A stretch of DNA of 59,063 bases, filler included, from Callorhinchus milii (GCF_018977255.1; 2 parts of 2 records of this genome joined end to end with filler, not necessarily neighbours in it), one strand, 5' to 3'; shown: positions 12,969-26,689, counted from the whole stretch's first letter. The notes: generated by a model not told the origin, from the letters alone. A program made the numbers and translations.

Positions 12969-14347
12969 GTGAGTCTCTCATTAGCTCTGATTGTGGCTGA
13001 AATAAAACAGTAAAGTTACTCCAGGTTTTAAGCACTTGGAATGAGAGGATAGAAGAAATAGAGTGCACATGAGAATTGAGAGGGAGAGGTTGGAGGGAAG
13101 AATGGTTGACAGGAATAGGGAGAGAATGATAGAGAGAGAGAGAGAGACAAAGAGAGAGAGAGAGACTGTAGATGAGTGAAAGAAACAGAGACAGGAAGAG
13201 GGGGGGGGGGGGGGGGGGAGAAAAAATCAGAGTGTGAACGAGTGATCGATAGTGTGAGAAGGAGTGTGTGTGTTTTAGAGGGGGAGACAGAGTGCGGTAG
13301 AGAGACGATGGGGTGAGAGAAAGAAACAGAGACCGGGAGGGAAAGAGGGAATAAGCAAAGCGGTGAGAGATTGGCAGTGAGTGACTGCACGACAGAGGCG
13401 AAGAGGTAGCTATTGAGTGAGAGAGTGTGTGTGAGAATGTGAGTGAAATGTGAGGGGCAAAGCGATTGACAGAAAGGAGGTGAGAAGGAGAGAGGTGGTG
13501 AGAAAGAAACAGAGATATGGAGACAGAGATTGAAAGAAAGTGAATAAGATTGTGGGAGGAGAGAGTGTTTGTGAAAGAGAGGGAGAAAAGGAGGAGTGAG
13601 TTATCGAGAGAGCGTAGACGGAGAGACTGTGAGAGGGGAAAGGGAGTGTGAGTGGAGGGAGGGCTGGTGTGGGAGATGAGTGTGATAGAGAGAGAGGAAC
13701 TGAGAGAACAAAAGAGTGTCGGTAAGACAGAGCGAGAGGGGGGAGCCAATGACTGAGAGAGGACAGAGGGAGTTTGTGTGAGAAGTAAAAGAGAAAATGA
13801 GAGAGAAACTTCATAACATTTAACACAATAAAAAACAGCGTTTCCAATATATTTTTTCCTTCCTTTACTGATCAGTTTTTTTGTAAATCCCTGAATCCAA
13901 TCTTTTGTGCCACACTCACGAACAAAGAATCATGTTGATATGCAGCACAGAAGAAGGATGACTGTGGCTATTTTTATGAAAATCCTTTCAGTCCCATTTA
14001 CATTGCTCTTTTCCCAAACCCCTTTTTAGATAGTTGACTCCATTTAGATCGATATCTTGATGGTCTAAAAACCAATCTGGAATCTGCCTGAAACCTCATT
14101 CTCACCAGTGCTTTCCATAACCCAACAACCAACTGTGCCGGAAAACAAATTCTCCAAACGTCCCCATTTGCCAGTTTGCTAACTCTCTGAAATTGATGCT
14201 TTAGGGATTGAACTCTGACCAGAAGGACTTTTATATCAGGTAAACTTGAGTTTCTGTGGAAATCTCCAAGGGAACAGGGCGAGGCTATGATTTACTGCCA
14301 GACATTAGCTGTTGGACTCTGACCAGGGTGTGTTGTTACCTCTACAG

Positions 14348-14429
14348 CCCAGAACACTGAAGCCACTTCACTGAGAGGCTCGGGAACCAAAGGCAGGAAC
14401 CGCAGCTCAGTCAGCGGGGAGACAAGAAG
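14348..14429 (+). CDS. repeated 82-nt exon, copy 2 (xQNTEATSLRGSGTKGRNRSSVSGETR)
   Basis: CTGAC branch-like motif, CTACAG acceptor, GTGAGT donor. Confidence 0.55.
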
Positions 14430-16348
14430 GTGAGTCTCTTATTAGATCTGATTGTGGCTGAAATAATGTCATACTATTATCCCAGGTTGTAAGCGCACAG
14501 AGAGAAAAACCCATATAAATGCAAGTGTTGTTGTTCGTGCAACATTTATTGTAATTAAGGAAACCAGGAGTAACTGAATGAGCAAGAGTTAAAATATCAT
14601 TTGTTTCATAAACGGAAGATCTCGCTTTACGACTTTGATTACGGTCACCTCTTCCCTCCCTCACACATAGTGTCCTCCACCACTCCAACATTCTCCGACA
14701 TACTGTCCGGCGTGTTGGCCGCTATATCAATGCAAGTTGTTGCTGTTATTTGAATTAATCATCGTAGAACCGTTTAAGAAATCAACGGTCTCCGAAATCC
14801 ATTGGGGAACTTGATTGATCTGAACTATTGTTAACATACTAATGTGGAATTTAAGCAACAGCCAGGCGGTCGGGCCGAATCTGAGCTGTACTTTCTATGC
14901 ATCTATGAATCAGCTTGTTTCATCCTTGTTCAAAGTTCATTCCTCAATCATTTGTGATTATCCTGGTTGTTCTCTTCTGCACTACCTTAAGGAACTGTGC
15001 CAACACTTTGGTCAGCCATTGCCTCAATCCTTCCACCTTGCGGTTTTGGTTGGTTGGACTCCAGCAGTTACCCCAACACACATTCTGGTCTCCCCAGCCT
15101 TGACTCTTGCCAACCTGCTCCTAATGCTCTCCGAATTAAGTGAGCAGAGTGGTCCGTCCAGAGGGAGGGTGCTCATTCCATTCCAACAATCTAACTCTGG
15201 AGTTTCCATATGTAGTTTGGGATGTATGAAAATCTCAGCTTTGTTTTGGATCATGTTCGGTTTGTTGATCGGTTTTCGGTTGGACAGACACTCGGCTGAC
15301 AAAAAAATTCAGCTCAGATACCTCACTGCTGCTTATGTGCTCCAAGCTGCAACCCGCGAGAAGGGCACTATATTGTTGCTGTTGTTGCTATTCTTTTTAT
15401 TGCCTCCTCTGAAACTTTACTTTTGTTGGGCGCAGCTTGTCCAACGATAGTTTAAGACTCATCCTTCCAATTCGCGAGATCAATCTTCTCCGAATATACA
15501 GACGATATAGAGACAATGGGATAATTCTGAATGGTTCCCACTTTCTTTTATGCTGTTAGAAATAAGACTAAATTATATTTCAGTCTAAAATCTATCGGAC
15601 GGAATTTCGCCATTTTCTTTCTCTTTCCCACAAGTGGAAATGAGTTTTCATAAAATGGTGCTCAAGTTGTTGACTTTCAAGGACTAACTGCCTGGTCCCA
15701 AGTCCGGAGCCCAACCCAGAGTTACATTAACTGAAAATAGCCATAAAAGGCAACGCTGCACATTGGCAATGATAACGTTTCACTGACTATTGCAGAAATG
15801 AGGTTCAAAGATCAGGATCAGGAGATTAGATAGAGAGTGCAATGGATGCTCTAAATTGGGTGGTTTGTTAAAATGAATCTAACGTAAGTTTGAATGTCAC
15901 GCTGGTGTTGGTCTGATGATGGATCGGAAAACAGATTCCCAACTACTCTTGCTCTGTAGCAGATTGCTGGAGACGAGCTTTATTGGTGACAATCTCTGAA
16001 ATGGAAAATGACCAGAACTCGTCACTCATCTTCTTGTTGTATTAACTTACACAACAACAAATCTTTGTAATCAAATTCGTGCAGCGTATAATCACAGAGC
16101 ACATGAGAGAATGGGTAAGAGACGTGAAACACGATACATTGAGGAAGAATGAGAGTATAAAGGAGATAGCGGGAGTGCGCCTGAGATATGAGAGACAGTC
16201 CTATTTACAGAAATGGAGGAGAGTGCGTTAGGGAGAGGATGGGCATGAGAGAAAGAAGCAGATTGATGGAGAGAGAGCTGGAGACAGCACTGATTGAGTG
16301 AGTGAGTGAGATTGTGTGTGAAAGTGGTGGTGAGGGGCAGTGAGGGAG

Positions 16349-16664
16349 AATAATAATAATAATATTCCTTGCATTTGATATAAGGCTTTTCACGTCTTCT
16401 AGACATCCTAAAGTGCTTCACAGTACATACTGTAAAGTGAATTAACTGTATGTTTATGGGCAAACGCGGCAGTCCATTGCGCACAGCAGTGTCCCACAAA
16501 CAGTCGTAACTTGAAAATGACCAATTTATTATGTTTTTTTTGGAGGGATTGTTATTAGGCGTGTGGAATGAGGAATCTTGCCCAAGGTTTCGCCCTCTGC
16601 CTGGAATTGAACTCAGTTCTCTCACTTGCAAAGCGAGTGCTCTAACCATTGAGCTACAGGACTC
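16349..16664 (-). mobile_element. tRNA-derived Deu-type SINE, full length
   Basis: Reverse complement has a GAGTCCTGTAGCTCAATGGTTAGAGC A-box, a GTTCAATTCC B-box, a Deu-like TGTGGGACACTGCTGTGCGCAA core, an L2-like tail and (TAT)n. Confidence 0.92.
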
Positions 16665-17902
16665 TGAATGATTGTGAGAGAATGAGAGAAGAGAGTGTGT
16701 GTTGGTAAGAGTGTGAGTAAGAAATGAGAGAGACAGTGGGGGTCGAGGGGTGGATGGATAAGGAGTAACGAGAGAGATAGATGAGTGTGGGGTGAGAGAA
16801 TGAAACAGGGAGTGGCAGAAACAAAGAAGTAATAGAAAGGCAATAAGTGAGTGTTTGATAGAGGAGGCGTCAGATTGATTGATACATAGACTAATAGAAG
16901 AGAAACAGAGGGTGTGAATAAAAACTGAGGACGAGAGTGATTGACAGAAAGGGTGGATGGAGTAAAAGAGAAAGACGGGCTGGGGTGGGGTGGGGGGGGG
17001 GGGTGTGTGGGTTGTGGCGAGTGTAAGAAACAGAGAGAGGAATGGAGAAAGCAGAGACAGAGTGTGAAAAGACTGATTGAGCGTGTGGGAGGAGTAAGTG
17101 TTTGCGAAAGAGGAGAGTGAAGAAGGGAGTGAATGATAGAGAGAGGGGAGATAGAGAGTGTGAGAAGGGAAAGAGAGATGAGAGGGTTAATGTGTGGGGA
17201 GAAACGGTGTATGAGAGAGAGTAACAGAGAGGGAGGGAATGTGTGAGAGAAACAAAGAGAGAGGGGGGAGAAAGTGATAGAATGTGATACAGAGAGTGTG
17301 TGAGAGGAAAGAGAGAAAATGAGCGACAAATTCCACAACATTTAACACAATATTAAAATAATTGGCATCTCCAATAAGCTTATTTCTTCCTTTCCCGTTT
17401 AGTTTTTCAAAAAATCCCTGAAGCCAAACTTTTGTACCGCACTCACAAACAAAGAACCATAGATGTACAGCACAGACGAAGGTTACTCAACTTATGGTGG
17501 ATGTGGTGGCACATTTATCACAGTTCTTTCAGCCCCATTTCCCTGCTCTGTTCCCAAATCTATTTGTTGATAGTTCACTCCTTTTGGATCAATATGTAGA
17601 CATGTTTTGGAAGTCAATATGGATTCTGCCTCAAACACCACTCCCTCCAGCGATTTCCATAACCCAACAACCAACTGTGCAACAAAACAAATTCTCCAAA
17701 CCTCCCATTTGCCAATTTGCTTAACATCTTAAATTAATGCTTTGGGCACTGAAGCCCGACCAGTGGAACTTTTATATCAGGTAAGCTTTCGGTTTGTGTG
17801 GAAATCTCCAAGGGAACAGGGCGAGGCATTTTGCCAGATGTCTGGTTTATTGCCAGACATTAGCTGCTGGACTCTGCCGAGGGTGTGTTATTACCTGTAT
17901 AG

Positions 17903-17983
17903 CCCAGAGCACTGAAGCACATCACTGAGACACTCAGGAACCAGAGGCAGGAACCGCAGCTCAGGCAGCGGGGATTCAAGACG
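17903..17983 (+). CDS. repeated exon, copy 3 (81 nt; one base short, possible sequencing error or pseudo-exon)
   Basis: TATAG acceptor and GTGAGT donor. GCC to GC deletion relative to the other copies. Confidence 0.4.
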
Positions 17984-19330
17984 GTGAGTCTCCCATTAGC
18001 TCTGATTGTGGCTGAAACAAAACTGTAAAGTTACTCCAGGTTTTAAGCACTTGGGGTGAGAGGATAGAAAAGAGAGAGTGCGCATGATAATTGAGAGGGA
18101 GAGGTTGGAGGGAAGAATGGTTGACAGAAATAGGGGAGAGAATGATAGAGAGAGTGAGAGAGAGAGAGTAGATGAAAGAGACAGGGAGAGAGAGGGGGGA
18201 AGAAAAATCAGAGCGTGAGTGAGTGATTGAGAGTGTGAGAAGAAGAGTGTGTGTGTTAGAGGAGGAGAGAGAGTGCGTTAGAGAGATGATGGGGTGAGAG
18301 AAAGAAACAGGGAGTGAAAGTGGAAATAAGCAAAGCGGTGAAAGATTGGCAGTGCGTGACTGTACGGCAGAGGTGAAGAGATAGCTATTGAGTGAGAGAG
18401 TGTGTGTGAGAATGTGAGTGAAATGTGAGGGGGAAAGTGATTGACAGAAAGGGGTGAGAGGGAAAGAGGTAGTGAGAGAAAGAAACAGAGACCTGGAAAC
18501 AGAGAGTGAAAGAAAGTAACTAAGATTGTGGGAGGAGAGAGTGTTTGTGAAAGAGAGGAGGGAGAAAAGGAGGAGTGAGTTATTGAGAGAGCGTAGACAG
18601 AGAGACTGTGAGAGGGGAAAGGGAGTGTGAGTGGAGGGAGGGCTGGTGTGGGAGAAGAGTGGGATAGAGTGAGAGGAATTGAGAGAATGAAAGAGTGTCT
18701 GTGAGGCGGAGCGAGAGGGGGAGCCAATGTCTGAAAGAGGACAGAGAGTGTGTGAGAAGAAAAAAAGAAAAAGAGAGAAATTTCTAAACATTTAACACGA
18801 TAAAAAAATGGGCGTCTCCAATATGCTTTTTTCGTTCCTTTACTGATAAGTTTTTTTTTTAAAATCCCTGAATCCAATCTTTTGTGCCACACCCACGAAC
18901 AAAGAAACATCGAGATGTACAGCATGGAAGAAGGATGGCTGTGGTGACTATTTTAATGCCAATCCTTTCAGTCCCATTTGCATTGCTCTTTTCCCAAATC
19001 CCTTTTTAGATAGTTGGCTCAATTTAGATCGGTATCTGGTGATGAACTGAAAACCAATATGGAATCAGCCTCAAACATCATTCCCACCAGTGCTTTCCAT
19101 AACCCCAACAACCAACTGTGTAGGAAAACAAATTCTCCAAACGTCGCAATTTGCCAGTTTGCTAACTCTCTGAAATTGATGCTTTAGGGATTGAACCCTG
19201 ACCAGAAGGACTTTTATATCAGGTAAACATGAGTTTCTGTGGAAATCTCCAAGGGACCAGGGCGAGGCGATGATTTACTGCCAGGCATTAGCTGTTGGAC
19301 TCTGACCAGGGTGTGCTATTACCTGTACAG

Positions 19331-19412
19331 GTCAGAACACTGAAGCCACTTCACTTAGAGGCTCGGGAACCAAAGGCAGGAACCGCAGCTCAGTCAGCGG
19401 GGAGACAAGAAG
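19331..19412 (+). CDS. repeated 82-nt exon, copy 4
   Basis: GTACAG acceptor and GTGAGT donor. Open in the same frame. Confidence 0.55.
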
Positions 19413-22391
19413 GTGAGTCTCTTATTAGATCTGATTGTGGCTGAAATAATCTTATACTATTATCCCAGGTTGTAAGCGCACAGAGAGAAAAACCCATATA
19501 AATACAATTTGTTATTGTTCGTGCAACATTTATTGTAACTAAGGAAACCAGGAGTAACCGAATGAGCAAGAGTTAAAATATAATTTGTTTCATAAACGGA
19601 AGATCTCGCTTTACGACTGTGCTTACGGTCACCTCTTCCCTCCCTCACACATAGTGTCCTCCACCACTCCAACATTCTCCGACACACTGTCCGGCGTGTA
19701 GGCCGCTATATCAATGCAAGTTGTTGCTGTTATTTGAATTAATCATCATAGAATGGATTAAGAAATAAATGGTCTCCGAAATCCATTGGGGAACGTGATT
19801 GATCTGAACCATTCTTAACATATTAATGTGGAATTTAAGCAACAGCCAGGCGGTCGGACCAAAACTGAGTGTACTTTATATGCATCTATGAATGCAAGAG
19901 CCTCAGCTTTTCTCAACCTTGCTCATAGTTCATTCCTCTAACACTGGTGATCATCCAGGTTGTTCTCCTCTGCACTACATTAAGGATCTGTGCTGACGCT
20001 TTTGTCAGTCATTGCCTCAATCCTACCATCTTGCGGTTTTGGTTGGTTGGACTCCAGCAGTTACTCAGCTTTGTTTTGGATCATGTTGATCGAGTTTCGG
20101 TGGGACAGACACTCGGCTGACAAAAAAATTTCAGCTCAGATACCACACTGCTGCTTACATGCTCCAAGCTGCAACCCACGAGAAGGGCACTCTATAGTTG
20201 TTGTTGCCATTGTTTTTATTTCCTCCTCTGAGACGTCTCTTTTGTTTGGCGCTGTTTGTCCTACGATAGTTTAAAATTCATCCCTCCAATTTGAGAGATC
20301 AGTCTTCTCCGAATATGGAGACGCTGTAGAGGAGCTGGGGTATTGATGAATGGTTCTCACTTTCTTTTACCTTGTAGGAAATAAGACTAAAGTATGTTTC
20401 AGTCTGCAATGAAACGGACTGAATGCCGCCATTTTCTTTCTCTTTCTCCGGAAGTGGAAATAATTTTTGACAAAATGGTGCTCAAGTTGTTGACTTTCAA
20501 GGACTATCTTCTGGGTCCCAAGTCCGGAGCCCAACCCACAGTTACATTAACTGGAAATATCCATAAAAGGCAACATTGCATATTGGCAATGATAACGTTT
20601 CACTGACTGTTACACAAGTGAGGTTCAAAGATCAGGATCAGGAGATTAGATAGAGAGCCCAGTGAATGCTCTGAATTGGGCGGGTTGTTAAAATGAATCT
20701 AAGGTAAGTTTGAAGTGGGAAGTGGCAAAGTCACGTTGGTGTTAGTCTGATGATGGATGTGAAAATAGATTCCCAACTATTGCTCTGCAGCAGACTGTAG
20801 AGTTTCTGGAGACGAGCTTTATTGGTGACACTCTCTCAAATGGATAATTACCAGAACTCGTCACTCATCTTCTTGTTGTATTAACTTACGCAACAACAAA
20901 TGCTTTATATAGAGCAAATGGTGCAGCGTATAATCACAGAGAAATTGACAGAATGTGAAAGAGGATTGAATCGAGATAAATTGAGAAAGAACAACAGAAT
21001 AGAGGAGAGAGGGAGAGTGTGCTTCAGAAATGAGACAGTCCGATTTACAGAAATGGCGGAGCGTGTGTTGGAGAAAGGATGGGCATGCGAGAAAGAAACA
21101 GATTCAGGGAGAGAGCGATTGGGAAAGCAGTGAGTGACTGAGTGAGTGAGATTGTGAGACGGAGTGTGTGTGAGAGTGGTGGAGAGGGGCATTGATGGAG
21201 AATGATTGTGAGAGAATGAGAGAAGAGAATGTGTGTGGGTAAGAGAGTGAGTAAGAAATGAGAGAGACAGTGTAGGGAGAGGCGTGGATGGACATGGAGT
21301 AAAGAGAGAGATAGAGTGAGTGTGTAGAGAGATAATGAAACAGAGAAGTTTAGGGAACGGGAGAAAGAAAGAGGTGATAGAGTGAGTGTTTAACAGCGGT
21401 GGAGACAGATTGATTGATACTCAGACTGATAGAAGAAAGACAGAGTGTGAGAGTGATTGACAGAAAGGGTGGATGGAGTGAAAGAGAAGGACGAGCTGGG
21501 GAGGGTGGGGCGAGAGTAAGAGACAGAGGGAGAAAGCAGAGAGAGAGTGAAAGGGAATGATTGAGCGTGTGGGAGGAGAAAGTTTTTGCGAAAGAGGAGA
21601 GTGAAGAGGGGGAGTGAGTGACAGAGAGATGGGAGATAGAGAGAGTGTGAGAGGGGAAAGAGACTGAGAGAGGGATGATGTCGTGTGGGGAGAACGAGTG
21701 TGGTGAGAGAGAGTAACTGAGGGAGGGAGGCAACGTGTGAGAGAAACAAAGGGAGAGGGGGAATAGAAAGATTGAGAGAGTGATACAGAGAGAGTGTGAG
21801 GGGAAAGAGAGAAAATGAGCGACAAAATCCACAGCATTTACCACAATATTAACAAAATTGGCATCCCCAATAAGTTTATTTCTTCCTTTCCCATTCGGTA
21901 TTTTGAAAATCCCTGAAGCCAAACTTTTGTTCCACACCCACAAACAAAGAACCATAGAGATGTACAGCACAGACGAAGATTATTCAGCTTATGGTGGATG
22001 TGATGGCACTTTTTGATAACAATTCTTTCAGTCCCATTTCCCTGCTCTGTTCTCAAATGCATTTGTCGATAGTTCATTCCTTTTAGATCTATATCTGGAT
22101 ATGTTTTGAAAGCCAATATAGATTCTGCCTCAAAGACCATTCCCGCCAGGGTTTCCAAAACCCAACACCCAAACGTGCAGGACAACATCGTCTCCAAACC
22201 TCCTCATTTGCTAATTTGCTATCTCTCTATCTTACATTGATGCTTTAAGAACTGAACCCCGACCAGTGGAACTTTTAGAGCAGGTAAAGATTGAGTTTCT
22301 CTGGCAATCTCCAAGGGAACAGGGCTTGGCTATGATTTACTGCCAGGCATTAGCTGTGGACTCTGACCAGTGTGTGTTGTTACCTGCACAG

Positions 22392-22473
22392 CCCAGAACA
22401 CTGAAGCTACATCACTGAGAGGCTCGGGAACCAGAGGCAGGAACCGGAGCTCAGTCAGCGGGGAGACAAGACG
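22392..22473 (+). CDS. repeated 82-nt exon, copy 5
   Basis: GCACAG acceptor and GTGAGT donor. Open in the same frame. Confidence 0.55.
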
Positions 22474-23834
22474 GTGAGTCTCTCATTTGCTCTGATTGTG
22501 AATGAAATAAGGCAGTAAAGTTATTTCAGGTTTTTAGCACTTGGAATGATAGGAGAGGGAGAGATAAAGTGCGCAAGAAATGAATGGGAGACAGACGGTT
22601 GGACGGTGGAGTGCTTGACAGAAATGGGGGAGAGAGTGATAGAAAGGGCGTGGGTGGGGGAGTGAAACGACACCGAGAGAGAGAGAGACAGCGGACTGTG
22701 AGTGAGTGATTGAGAGTTTGGGAAAGAGTGTGTGTATGTTAGGGAGGCGTAGAGAGCGAATGGTGGAGAGTGGATTTGTTGAGAGAAAGAAGCAGAGAGA
22801 GTGGGAGGAAGCAGAGCAGTGAGAGAGTGGCAGTGAGTGACTTTATGGCAGAGGGGTAGAGAAATTTGTTAAGAGTGAGAGTGTGTGTGTAAGAATATGA
22901 GTGGAAAAGTCATTGACGGAAAGGGGTGAGAGAGTGTTGAAGTGGTGAGAGAAAGAAAGAGAGACAGGGAGAAAGCAGAGACACGGAGTTAAAGAAAGTG
23001 ACTGACATTGTGGGAGGAGAGAGTGTGAATGAAAGGGGCGAGTGAGTGATCGAGAGAGTGGAGATAGAGAGACTGTGAGAGGGGAAAGAGAGTGTCAGTG
23101 GAGGGATAGGCGTGTGTGAGAAAGGGGGATAGAGAGGGAGAGAGAGAGAGGAATTGAGAGAGCGAAAGAGTGTCTGTGAGACAGAGCGAGAAGCGGGAGC
23201 CAATGACTGAGAGAGGAGAGGCAAGAAAGTGTAAAAGAGGGAAAGTGGGAAAGAAGGAAAAGGGAAATGAGAGAAAATCCACAACATTTAAACAACATAA
23301 AAAACGATTGTCCCCAATATTTTTTTTTCGGACCTTTCCCGATTAGTTTTCGAAAAATCTCAGAAGGCAACGTTTTGTACCACCCCCACAAACAAACAAC
23401 CATAGAGATGTACAGCACAGAAGAAGGTTATTCGGTTTATGGTCACAGTGGTGGCACTTTTTATAACAATCCTTTCCGTCCCATTTCCCTGCTCTGTTCG
23501 CAAATCGCGCTTTAGACAGTTCACTCCTTTCAGATTGATATCTGGACATATTTTGAAAGCCCACATGGATTTTGCCTGAAATATCCCTCCCACCAGGGCT
23601 TTCCATAACCAAACAAACACCTGTGCAGGAAAAAAAATCACCAAACTTCTTCATATGCTCGTTCGTTAACGATCTTAAATTGGTGCTTAGCCACTTAATC
23701 TCGAACAGTGACACTTTTATAGCTGATAAGCATTTATTTTCTGTGGAAATCTCCAAGGGAACAGGGCGAGGCTGTGATTTACTGCCCGCCGTTAGTTGCT
23801 GGACTCTGACCAGTGTGTGTTATTACATGTACAG

Positions 23835-23915
23835 CTCAGAGCACTGAAGTCACATCACTGAGAGGCTCGGAACCAGAGGCAGGAACCGGAGCTCAGTCAG
23901 CGGGGAGACAAGACG
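23835..23915 (+). CDS. repeated exon, copy 6 (81 nt; GGG to GG deletion)
   Basis: GTACAG acceptor and GTGAGT donor. Confidence 0.4.
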
Positions 23916-26689
23916 GTGAGTCTCTATTTATACTGATTGTGGCTGAAATAAAGCAGGAAAGTTATTGCAGTTTTAAACGCAGGGAAATACCACTCCATGC
24001 GAACAGCACAAGATAAATGCAACTTATTGTTTGGTAGTTAGTGAAAGTTTACTGATATTAAATAACCCGGAGCCAGTGATCGTGGAATCATTTAAATTTA
24101 ATTTGCTTAATTATTTAACTAACCATCGTGACATCGTTACGAAATGTAGGGAGAAATGTTCTTTGACATCTACTCATGAATTTGATTGATCCGAAATATC
24201 ATTGATCAACGATAGGCCCTTGTGGAGAATATTAGCAACAGCCAGACTGGACGGGCTGAATGGCTTTTTCCTGAGCTTGCTTAATGCTTGCCCGTAGCTG
24301 ATTTCTCTGACACAAGACATGATCCTGCTTGTTCTCCTCTACACTGCCTTAAGGAGTGGGGCAGACGCTTTTGTCTGCCATTGCACGAATCCTTCCATCT
24401 TGCTGTTTGTGTAGTTAGACTCCAGCTATTACCCCAAAACAGATTCTGGGCTTCCACCTGCCTTGACTCTTGCTAACCTGCAACTCATACTTTCTGGCAG
24501 TTGTTAAGCAGGATGGACGCTCCAGTGAGTGGTTGCTCATTTCATTCCTGCCATCTATCGCTGTAGTTTCCGCGTGTAGGTGGGATGCATGAACATCTCA
24601 GTTTTGTTTGTATACTGTTTGGTTTGTTGATGGTTTTCGAGCTGACAAAAGTAATATCATCAGAGACTACACTGCAGTTTAAGTGCTCTAAGATGCAAAC
24701 ATGTGAAGGAGCCTGTACTGTTATTATTGCTATGTTTGTTGACTTCTCTGAGATGTCCCTTTTATGGCTGAAGCTCCACAGAATGTCTAATTTTGTTTAT
24801 CCCTGTAACTCAGAGTTTCACTCTCTTGTGGATCTGGAGATGCTGAAGAGAAGCTGGACCTTTCTGAATGTTGCTCGTTAGCTTTCATTATGTGGGAATC
24901 AGATTTAATGCTCAATCTTAATCTTCCCGACTGAATGCCTCCATATTCGTTCTCTTTTCCCATAAGTAGATATGATTTTGTTAAGATGGCTCTCATGTAT
25001 TGACTTTTAAGGAGTCGAATGTAGCTTGCCTAATCTTTTTGGTCCAAGTCTGGAATCTAACGCCCAGTCTTATTACCTGAAAATATCCATCAAAGGCACC
25101 ATTTCCTGTTTGCTTTGATACGTTTCACTGACTGTTACATAAATGAGGGTTCAAAGAGCACGAACAGGAGATTGAAGTACTGAACACAGTGGAATTAGCA
25201 GTTTATTGAAATATATCCAAGGGAAGGTTGAAGTTGCACGTGATACTCTCACTCTGGTGTTAGTCCATGATGGATAGGAAGGCGAGTGTAAGAGGAAGAG
25301 GAATAGATACAGCAATAATTTGCATTTGTACAGCACCGAAGCAGGGCAGAATCCCAAAGCTCTATAACCATACCTGGATCTAAAAGATATATAGTGTAAG
25401 AGGAACTGTATAGGGTGGAGTGAATAGTTTTTATTGCTCAAATTAAGAGATTAATAAAGAAATTCAGCACCACTTGCACGTTACAGGGCAATGTAAACTC
25501 GTTGCAGCGTGGCTCAGTGCTCGCACTCTCTCACCTGTGTCAGAAGGGTGGGTTTAACCACAAATCTGGACCGGAAATAACATGACCTAAGATGAGAATC
25601 CAATACCTTACTTGGGTGTTTGCATTTTCAGAGGTCCCATGCAAACGACACCGGAGTAGAGTTCGAGCCCTGGAAAAGATGAGATGAAAGCTTGTCAACT
25701 GATGTTCGGGTGCATCAGGCATGGGAGAAAAAGAATAAATGAGCCAGGATGGTGAGAGCAGCTTGGGCAATGGGGTTTAAAAATGTCACAGAGATAGAAT
25801 GTGCGAGCCACGCAAAGATGTAAACAGGGGACACGGATATGAATTGAATCTGTAAGAGAAGCTTTCTAAACAGTGTTCTCAAGGCAAGTCACACATTTTG
25901 AGCTTGTTAAACTCCATCAATATCTGCTATCCATAAGCGTACACAATGAGGTCCTCACGCTTCCACTCTTGCCAATGTGCATCTAATGCTTTCAGGTATA
26001 AGGCTGAAAGTAGATATGCCTCTGGGACATTCCATTCTAAGCGAAGCTTATTTGATGTGTTGGTGGGCGGAAGCATTCTTAGTCTGATTTGGATACCCTT
26101 AATCACGGTGTTCGTTTGTACATGTGCCAGACATCCGGCAACCAAATAAATGCTACAGGATCGAGTGGAGCGACAGATTGATGGTAATACAAAACAAAAT
26201 CACTTTTTATAGCGCCTTTCATGTTGGGAGGACATAATGATAGATATATGGAGACTGGTGTAGGATCGCTAACAAGCTGCAGTTTTGTATTTTCTGCAGT
26301 TTGAGTAGAGACCGTGTTTGAATGCATTGAGTAAGTGATTCATATAGTCTGGCCCCAACATAATAAAGTTGTATATATGTTTTTGTCACCCCAGGGGAGG
26401 GGGTTTAAGATGTGTAGCTGCAGGCAAGCAATATTATAGAGGTGACGAAAGCCAAGAGTGGGTGAGAGCCAGGTTACATGGATTAAAGGACAGTTAAAGT
26501 GGAATAAGATAATGTTCTTCTAATTGGCTCAGCACGGTGAACTTGGCTTTGATGCAGATTGATGCCGTCAATACCTAGGGCGAGAAGACACTATCAGGGC
26601 TCAAACAAGTGAGCCTCTCTCTTGACAAAATCAACTGAAGATAGATGGAGATCAATCAGCATTTGATGTCTTATAGTCAGAACAACAAT

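Larger units (their letters stand above)
11860..25290 (+). repeat. nested tandem segmental duplication: three units (first two ~4.5-5 kb, third shorter and more diverged), each with two ~1.45 kb sub-units (GA-rich tract + CR1 remnant + small exon)
   Basis: Homologous blocks begin near 11860, 16845 and 21385. Exon offsets 12887 to 17903 to 22392, and 14348 to 19331 to 23835. Confidence 0.9.

Noticed and set aside
14205..14239. 35-nt alternative to the 17-nt microexon, using the TTTAG acceptor
   Set aside because: Its length fits the frame, but it contains an in-frame TGA and the AG is not conserved in position in copies 1, 3 and 5. It remains possible only if the transcript is non-coding.
15905..16000. 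CTGATGA...GAAA hammerhead-like or C/D snoRNA-like motif (paralogue near 20745)
   Set aside because: Stems II and III and the pair next to the cleavage site do not form. The D-box CTGA is lost in the paralogue and the motif is absent in the third unit.
11671..23420. S/L/H-rich minus-strand ORFs of up to 271 aa
   Set aside because: They are translations of GA-rich low-complexity tracts and are not conserved in frame among the duplicated units.
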